64,000 bases of DNA, taken from Naegleria gruberi. Lineage: Eukaryota. Every line of letters begins with the position of its first letter. The stretch's first letter is position 1. The notes below the pieces were generated by a model. The model did no database searches. It had not been told where the DNA came from and saw only the letters and a list, made by a program, of their open reading frames with translations. The stretch is from assembly GCA_000004985.1 (NCBI GenBank), contig GG738865.1; one strand, written 5' to 3'. A program made the translations under genes and the position numbers. Shown here in pieces: positions 57,365 through 64,000 of this stretch.

Positions 57365-58714
57365 TCAGAGGGATTGAGTTTTAGAACCTAAAATTACTGC
57401 TCGTTTAGCTCCTGTTACACTTGGGATATTGGAAACCCTCTTCTTTTCATAGAGATAGGCAAGGAGGGCAAATAACATTCCCTCTTTAGCATTAGAATCT
57501 AATGCTTGTCCGTCCTCAAGCTTTTCATGAGAATAGATTGAAATAGGTCTTTTAAAGGTAGAATTCAAGAGGTGAGAAAGTGTTTCCATTAAGAAAGAGT
57601 TCTTTTGGCCTCCACCTGCAACAATAACATCAAAATCATCGATATTCAACTTGTTGCAAACCATTTCATAAGCCTTTACAATGCTATAGGCAGTAAAGTC
57701 TGTAAATGTTCTAGCGACGATACAAAATAGTGGATCAGATTTGTTAGATGTTCTTAATTCCAAAGGTTCCAATAATTTCTCAACTTGATCTCTGCCAAAA
57801 AGTTCTCTTCCTGTAGTTTTTGGGAATGGCATTTCTAAATAATTTCCATAAATTTTCAATAGTTTGTCAAATAATGATGTATCGGCAGCAAATGTACTCC
57901 TAGCCATATCACCATTCTCATCCATTTGAAGTTCTCCACCAGAAATAACTCTAACGCAGTCATCAATTAAGGCATTTCCTGGACCAGTATCAAAAGAAAC
58001 TGTCAACGAAGAAGCATCTTCCACCTGAATATTTAGAGGAGGAACAAAGGTAACATTTCCAATTCCACCAATATTTTGGATTGCCCTCCACTTGGTTGGA
58101 TGCCTTAACATTAAAAAGTCAACTAGTAAAATTCATATGACAATTCTTTTTGAATTATAATACGTACATATGGAAGTCAATGGAGCACCTTGTCCACCCA
58201 GAGCTACATCACTAGTTCTGAAATTTGAAATAACTGGTAATCTTAAATATGCAGAAATTTCGCCAGGTTCTCCAATTTGTAATGTTGAACGAACTATAGA
58301 TTCGTCCAATGATTCACCTTCTCTGAATTTGTTACTTTCCACTTGATGATAAATAGTTTGACCATGGGATCCTATCACATCAATACTCTGCAAAGCAATA
58401 TTATTCTTTAAACAAGTATTTTCAATAGCTAATGCAAAATGCTTTCCAATCAAGGTATTCATTTCACAAAATTCCTTTGCACTCAATTGATTTGATCGCA
58501 TCAACTTGAAAATTCTATCTCTCATATTCGATTCCCAAGGAATTGATTCAAATGCTACTACTTTCATGATCGGAATGGGCAATTCATGATGTTCAATAAA
58601 TGTACTTCTTGTAGTAGTATCGTCACTAATTTCACAAATAACAACATCAATGGCATCAACTGATGTTCCAGAATTTACTCCAACACAAATTAATTTATCA
58701 TCACTCATTTTCAA
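57365..58714 (-). CDS. anmK: Anhydro-N-acetylmuramic acid kinase (AnmK/UPF0075, levoglucosan-kinase family)-like protein; complement(join(57365..58122,58168..58714)) with a 45-nt spliceosomal intron
   Basis: N-terminal GVNSGTSVDAIDVV (matches G-x-MSGTS-DGID), GSHGQTIYH, LQIGEPGEIS, GGQGAPL|TSIFD..LRHP (split by the intron), NIGGIGNV, FDTGPGNALID, PKTTGRELF, AGGGQKNSFLM. The intron GTACGT...TTTACTAG is in phase 1 and joins in frame. Confidence 0.85.
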
Positions 58715-58852
58715 GCTAATTCACCAATTAATTGTGTAAATAGTGTAGTACTATTAGAACAAGTAAATAATTAATTATTCAATATTTTGTGAAGATGCAA
58801 CTCTCCAATTTTTTGTAAAATTTTTAAAAAATAAAAAGAATCCGAATTAAAA

Positions 58853-60241
58853 ATGAACAGACTCATTCTCTGTGGCAATCATCACCAACATCATTGCCTG
58901 TTGTCGGCTTCTTTGAGTCGATCATCACCACTCTTAAAATTTGCTAGTAACAAGTGGAATATGAATAGGAATACAGGACGTAATTTTTCTTCTTCCTTCA
59001 GAGTTATGGATGTTACCTTCTCTCCGGAGGAATTACAAGTTTTGAAGGAATTGAGACAAAGTATGGATGCACCAGAACCAGAGAAGGATAATCGCGTGAA
59101 AAAAGGTTCTAAAGGAGACTTTTTACCTGATCCTGACTTTGATTATAGCAATCTTTCTCCTGATGAATTTCTTGAAGCCTTGAGAAATAAAAAACCAAGA
59201 GAAAATGAAGACGAACTCCAAGGTAGAGACTTGGAAAAGGATAAAAGAATGTTTGATTTACTTGAAGAATTGTTAAACAATCCAGAACTTGACCCAACTG
59301 AGGAACAAATTGAGGAACATAAAAGAAGAGCAACAAGATCTCTTTTGGAAATGGATGAAGACCAACTCACAAATGGACAATTACCAATTATTTCATATGA
59401 TGAATTGAATAAGAAATTTTATAGAAAGGTATATATTGAAGAAACACAAACAAAGGAAAATACTCCAGAATTCAGAGTTCGTATTGGTCAAGAACAACTT
59501 TTACGAACAACCACCAACAAGGTAGTAACAGTTCCATCAAAAGAAATTGCTGCTGTTGCTGCTGGAGAATGGGAATTGCAAGAAGAATATGTAAGACCTG
59601 CCACCCTTCCTTTCACAGAATTACTTTGCAGAATTGAGGATGTTAAACGTGAAATTGATTTCTCAGTTAGCTACAATATGAAGAAAACCATTCATGGATT
59701 TTTCGATGGAGAATTTGTTTGCTTACGTCAAGGAATGGGAGATGAAAAATTCACAAATTCAATCAAGGAACATTGGGATCCTCTTGTTCAATGGTTCAAT
59801 AAGGAATTTAACACAGAACTTGTAGTTCTTGGAGAAGATAGTAGTTTTGCTGATGATCCAGCACAAGAAGATGCTCGTATCAAGTTTATTGAACGTTATA
59901 CCACCTCCGAAGGTATAAGATTATTTAAAAAGACAGAAAGTGTAAAATATTTGTTTGACAGAATGTCACCATCTGGTTTGGTTTTATTGAATGCAATGGT
60001 TGAAGTTACAGGATCTGTAGTTATCGCATCTGCTTTATATGCTGGAAGAATTAATGCTAGACAAGCTGCATTGGCAACTCAATTACCAGTCAGAGAACAA
60101 ACAAATACTTTCGGATTAGTTATGGGTGAACATGATTTGCAATTTGCTGAACAATTTTGCAAGCTCTCAGCTTTGGAATTGCTTTTGGAAATTCATCCAC
60201 TTTCTAGAGACGTTTCTGATTCATATAGTAAGGTACTTTAA
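58853..60241 (+). CDS. ATP12: ATP12/ATPAF2 (F1-ATPase alpha-subunit assembly factor 2) with an N-terminal mitochondrial presequence
   Basis: KFYRKVYIEE...RVRIGQEQLLRTTTNKVVTVPSKEIAAVAAGEWELQEEYVRPATLPFTELLCRIED matches the ATP12 family core. The presequence-like N-terminus is MNRLILCGNHHQHHCLLSASLSRSS. Confidence 0.8.
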   Translation: MNRLILCGNHHQHHCLLSASLSRSSPLLKFASNKWNMNRNTGRNFSSSFRVMDVTFSPEELQVLKELRQSMDAPEPEKDNRVKKGSKGDFLPDPDFDYSNLSPDEFLEALRNKKPRENEDELQGRDLEKDKRMFDLLEELLNNPELDPTEEQIEEHKRRATRSLLEMDEDQLTNGQLPIISYDELNKKFYRKVYIEETQTKENTPEFRVRIGQEQLLRTTTNKVVTVPSKEIAAVAAGEWELQEEYVRPATLPFTELLCRIEDVKREIDFSVSYNMKKTIHGFFDGEFVCLRQGMGDEKFTNSIKEHWDPLVQWFNKEFNTELVVLGEDSSFADDPAQEDARIKFIERYTTSEGIRLFKKTESVKYLFDRMSPSGLVLLNAMVEVTGSVVIASALYAGRINARQAALATQLPVREQTNTFGLVMGEHDLQFAEQFCKLSALELLLEIHPLSRDVSDSYSKVL

Positions 60242-60343
60242 ATATTTATTTGAGGCGAATAAATTTTAATTTTGTAATTTGCGTTTCAATTTTATTTGCA
60301 TGTATTTGTTGCACATAAATGAATTTTCTACTAAAAATTGGAA

Positions 60344-60805
60344 ATGATAAAAATAAAATCAACCAAAAAAATGCCTCCACACACAACCACAGATTCCCAA
60401 CCTACTTTCACGGATACCCTATCGCAGCAGCCTATTCCTTCCAAAACTCAATCAGCTCTCTATCAAATATTTGAAAGAAACCGACTAGAAATGACAATCA
60501 AAGATATAAATCTTGATTTTGTTGATCAAGTTGAAGTCAAAACAAGTGAACAAACAGCAAAACTGGAATATACAGCTGGAGTGAGTGTGATCGTCAAGCT
60601 AGTCTATGATAAGTACAATTCTCATGAGCAATTAGGGTATGGAATTTCAAAGGGTGACAGTCGTCCAAAGGCTGTTTTACAAGCAAAACAATTGGCTATT
60701 GACGATGCATCCAATAGATGCGCCAAAATGTTTGGCGATATTCAGAGATGGCATCCTTATTTGATGGCTAAACGAAAGTCGAATACTTCCTCAATTAATT
60801 ATTAA
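60344..60805 (+). CDS. Rad52/Rad22-family single-strand annealing protein-like mini-protein, about 153 aa
   Basis: SVIVKLVYDKYNSHEQLGYGISKGDSRPKAVLQAKQLAIDDASNRCAKMFG aligns with the Rad52 N-terminal core (...[41 protein letters not shown]). It is much shorter than canonical Rad52. ATG at 60344. Confidence 0.55.
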   Translation: MIKIKSTKKMPPHTTTDSQPTFTDTLSQQPIPSKTQSALYQIFERNRLEMTIKDINLDFVDQVEVKTSEQTAKLEYTAGVSVIVKLVYDKYNSHEQLGYGISKGDSRPKAVLQAKQLAIDDASNRCAKMFGDIQRWHPYLMAKRKSNTSSINY

Positions 60806-61225
60806 CCTAAAGCAGCTGTAAACTAATGTAAATATATCAATTTAAAAATAAGGATCTCTTGTGTTTTACAATGAAATAATGAATATATCCACTCTTACTA
60901 TTTTCCACCAAAAAGGAAGAATGCTGATATTTTCATAAATTAGAACATTTTTAGTAACAATTTGTCTTTTACATTGACGAGTAATCACCACACTCCTCTC
61001 ATCACATAGAGAATCTTGTTGTGGTGATAGTATCCAACCTGATTGACCAGTGCAATTTTACCGCTAGAATGATTCAAAAAAACAATTCACTCTCTCACAC
61101 TCGTGTACAGTACTCTGGAGAATATTCTCTCTCTTATCGTTTTCATTGAAAGTTCTTCGTCCACTACGTAATTTTCTTCTCTTCTTGGCTTGAAGGCATC
61201 AAACCAAAAATACACTCTGAAAAAA

Positions 61226-62505
61226 ATGTCTATTATTATGAAAGGTTTGGGACTTCTTACCGGAAAGAAGCCACCAAAAGAATTAGTAAGAGATGCTGTT
61301 GAGTGTTTGAAAGTGATCGCAAAGGATCCTGAACAAACACCAGTCAAAGATTCGAAACAACAAAAAGTAAATATTAAATTTAAATTAATTTGTAAATATT
61401 GGATTACTATTAATGATGCTGATGATGATTATACGATAGGCATCTGAGGATTGTGGAAAATTATTATCCGGAATCAAACAATTACTTCTTGGTAATGCTG
61501 CAACAACAGAAAAGGAAGAACCTAAAAAATCGGATATTAATGATATTGCCAAAGAAGCTAATGATACAGATTTTCTGTTATTACTTGTACAATATTTAGA
61601 ACATTTAGATTTTGAAGTAAGTGATTCATCATCTTGTAATGCTCATCATATTAATAGTCAAGAAAAGATGGAATGATCATTTTCAACTTTTTAGTAAAAT
61701 ATCAACTGAACGGAAGATTTACAACAGTTGATTATATTTGTGAACACCCACAAATGTTGTCACTTTTACTGTCTGGGTATGTATAATAAGTAGATCAGTT
61801 TAGTAGTTTACAATAATTTAAATAGGTATGAAAAAAGTGAGGTTTCTCTTCTTTGTGGAAGTATGTTGCGTGAATGCTTCAAACATGAAATATTGACCAA
61901 GAAAATGTTATTTAGTTGTGAGGATGTTTACAAATTATTTATTTATGTTGACAATAGCAACTTTGAAATGCAAAGTGATGCTTTTGTGACTTTTAAAGAA
62001 CTTTTAACTTCAAGACACAAAGCAATTGTGGCAGAATTTCTTGAAACCAACTTTGACAAATTCTTTACTGAATATAACAATTTGTTAAATTCAAAGAACT
62101 ATGTAACAAAAAGACAATCCTTAAAGGTTAGTTGAATGAATTAATAATTAGTTTAACCTTTTTTAGATTCTCGGAGAAATAATACTGGATAGATCAAATT
62201 TCAATGTAATGAGTAAATATATTAATGACAGGAGTAATTTGAAGTTAATGATGAACTTGCTATTGGATAAGAGAAAAAACATTCAATTTGAAGCATTCCA
62301 TGTGTTTAAAGTATTTATTGCCAATCCACACAAGTCTGCACAAGTTAGAGATATTATTCGTCTTAATAGAGAGAAACTTATTAATTATTTAAGAGACTTC
62401 CAAACTGAAAGAGAAAAAGATGACGAACAATTTTTGGAAGAAAAATCACAACTTATTTCTATATTGTTAAACGAAAAAGACACTGACACAAAAGAAAATC
62501 AATAA
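61226..62505 (+). CDS. MO25: MO25/CAB39 (calcium-binding protein 39, STRAD/LKB1 scaffold); about 6 exons
   Basis: Spliced product MSIIMKGLGLLTGKKPPKELVRDAVECLKVIAKDPEQT...SDINDIAKEANDTDFLLLLVQYLEHLDFE...CEHPQMLSLLLSG...MLRECFKHEILTKKMLF...EFLETNFDKFFTEYNNLLNSKNYVTKRQSLK...ILGEIILDRSNFNVMSKYINDRSNLKLMMNLLLDKRKNIQFEAFHVFKVFIANPHK. This is near-collinear with animal MO25. The introns are 40-75 nt with GTAAAT/GTAAGT/GTATGT/GTTAGT donors. Confidence 0.88.
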
Positions 62506-62557
62506 CAAGTTTTAAATCAAAATTTTTAATCGAATTTTGTTAACATAAATAATGTAA

Positions 62558-63936
62558 TTAATATTCCTCTCCTGTTGCCTTATAAATCTTGCAAGTATTA
62601 TCTTTTGAACCTGTAATAATTGTGTCACCTTCATAATTGAAGGCGCAACTGAAAACTTCATCTTTGTGTCCTCTAAGAACTTGCAAACAATTTCCAGTCT
62701 TGGCATCCCACAATCTACAAGTCTTATCATTAGAAGCAGTAATAATCATATTACCTTGAGGATTGAATGAAACCTTGGAGATTTCAGCATGATGTCCATA
62801 ACAGACAGCAAGACACTCTCCTGTCATTGTATCATAAATTCTGGCAGAACAATCTTGGGAGGCTGTTGCTACTCTTGTTCCAGTTCCATTGAAAGACACA
62901 TCTATTACTTCATCATTATGTCCAGTTAATGTTCTTACACATGTTCCTGTATGCATACTCCATAATTTACAAGTCTTATCGATAGAACTTGAAACAACCA
63001 TATCACCTGAAAAGTTGAATTGAGTTGCTGAAACTTCGCATTCGTGGCCATGGAAATTATAAACACATTCTGCTGATCTAACATCCCAAACACGTACTGT
63101 ATTGTCGAATGATCCAGTGACAATAAAGTTACCAGCATTATTGAAACTCATACTGATAATTTCCTTATTGTGTCCTAATAAAGAATATACTTCCTTTCCA
63201 GTTTCCACATCCCAAACCTTTGCTGTTGTATCAATTGAGGCAGTTGCAATCAAGCTGCTATCTGGATTGAAAGAGACGCAAACAATTTCCAATTCATGCC
63301 CTCTAAGAGTATATTGACATTCACCAGTTTCTGCATCCCACAATTTACATGTTTTATCAAAAGATCCTGTAACAATCTTATCACCGAATGGATTATTGAA
63401 TGCAATAGCATATACTACGTTTTTGTGCCCTTCTAAACTCTTTAATTCCAATCCTGTTTCTGTATCCCATATTTTACAAGTTCTGTCATAGCTTCCAGTG
63501 ATAAATCTATCTCCTGATTTGTTGAAAGCACAATTGGTAAGAGGTAACAAGTGAGCCTGGAGTGATTTCTCTTCTTTGAATTTCTTGCATTTAAGGGATG
63601 ACAACTTGTTTACCAACTCTTTAATATGAATTAGTTTTCAAAGCCTTTAATTTTAAGTACTTACTTTCAACGAGTTGTTTAATTTGTTCAGTCTTTCCGC
63701 TCGGAATTAAAGGTTCGCTGGCAACAATATCTTCGGCCACTGTATTTACATCAGAACTGTAAAATACAAAAACAAATAATACAACACAAATTAAAACAAG
63801 ATGAAATCATTAATACATACAACTCAGTTAAATCTAATAAATCAATAGTCTTTGTACCCTCTCTGCCATTAGATCGTTCATATTCAAGTATAATGCCAGG
63901 TGGATAATATCTGAGCATAAATTTCTTCAGCTTCAT
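62558..63936 (-). CDS. DAW1: DAW1/ODA16/WDR69, a dynein-arm assembly factor with WD repeats; complement(join(62558..63618,63665..63756,63824..63936))
   Basis: N-terminus [20 protein letters not shown]...TKTIDLLDL aligns with human DAW1 [69 protein letters not shown] aligns with [34 protein letters not shown]. Eight WD repeats continue to the C-terminus. Intron 2 is 46 nt with a GTAAGT donor. Intron 1 is about 67 nt and needs an unusual GTTGTA donor to keep frame, so it is uncertain. Confidence 0.85.
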
Positions 63937-64000
63937 TTTTGCGATTTTTTATTTGGTGTGTTTGTAGTGACTTTGAGCGCCAAATTGTGCAAAGTAGTAA

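Overview
This 64-kb window is a compact, AT-rich (roughly two-thirds A+T) nuclear eukaryotic region with about 33 protein-coding genes on both strands and one tRNA gene. Intergenic spacers are very short; some are only tens of bp. Many genes are single-exon, and the rest carry a few very short GT-AG introns (38-95 nt), mostly near the 5' end. Donors are GTAAGT/GTATGT, acceptors are YAG, and at least one intron has a TACTAAC branch motif. The standard genetic code and TAA stops are used. The supplied ORF track also counts GTG/TTG as starts, so I re-set starts to true ATGs and joined exons by hand; splice coordinates are manual and approximate.

Genes I recognise:
- a FERM (talin/kindlin-like) protein
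- mitochondrial Lon protease
- a bacterial-type PLD/cardiolipin-synthase-like enzyme
- a short-chain dehydrogenase (SDR)
- Sin3 (PAH domains plus the HDAC-interaction domain)
- an ArfGAP-C2 protein
- a Na+/Ca2+-exchanger-family transporter
- a mitochondrial carrier
- three F-box proteins
- a gamma-tubulin complex component
- an RIIa-domain/guanylate-kinase-like protein
- an MGRN1-like RING E3 ligase
- poly(A) polymerase
- kinesin-1 heavy chain
- an anhydro-N-acetylmuramic-acid-kinase (AnmK)-like protein
- the ATP12 assembly factor
- a Rad52-like mini-protein
- MO25/CAB39
- the dynein-arm assembly factor DAW1/ODA16
- a tRNA-Gly(UCC)

DAW1/ODA16 plus the RIIa protein imply an organism that builds motile cilia or flagella. 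That argues against a dictyostelid. The gene structure fits an AT-rich flagellated protist or early-diverging (chytrid-like) fungus, but I cannot assign the species from sequence alone.

The most unusual locus is a 1513-aa single-exon receptor at 36742-41283 (minus strand). It combines, in order:
- a signal peptide
- beta-propeller-like repeats and an EGF-like module
- a GPS (GPCR proteolysis site) motif
- seven transmembrane helices
- a C-terminal RGS domain

In short, it is an adhesion-GPCR-like receptor fused to an RGS domain.

Other notable loci are the intron-containing AnmK-like gene (bacterial-type, now resident in a eukaryotic genome), a PrcB-like small protein, and a tandem permuted-papain-fold protein with a 13-nt first exon encoding MGGS.

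No CRISPR array, rRNA or clear transposon was seen.
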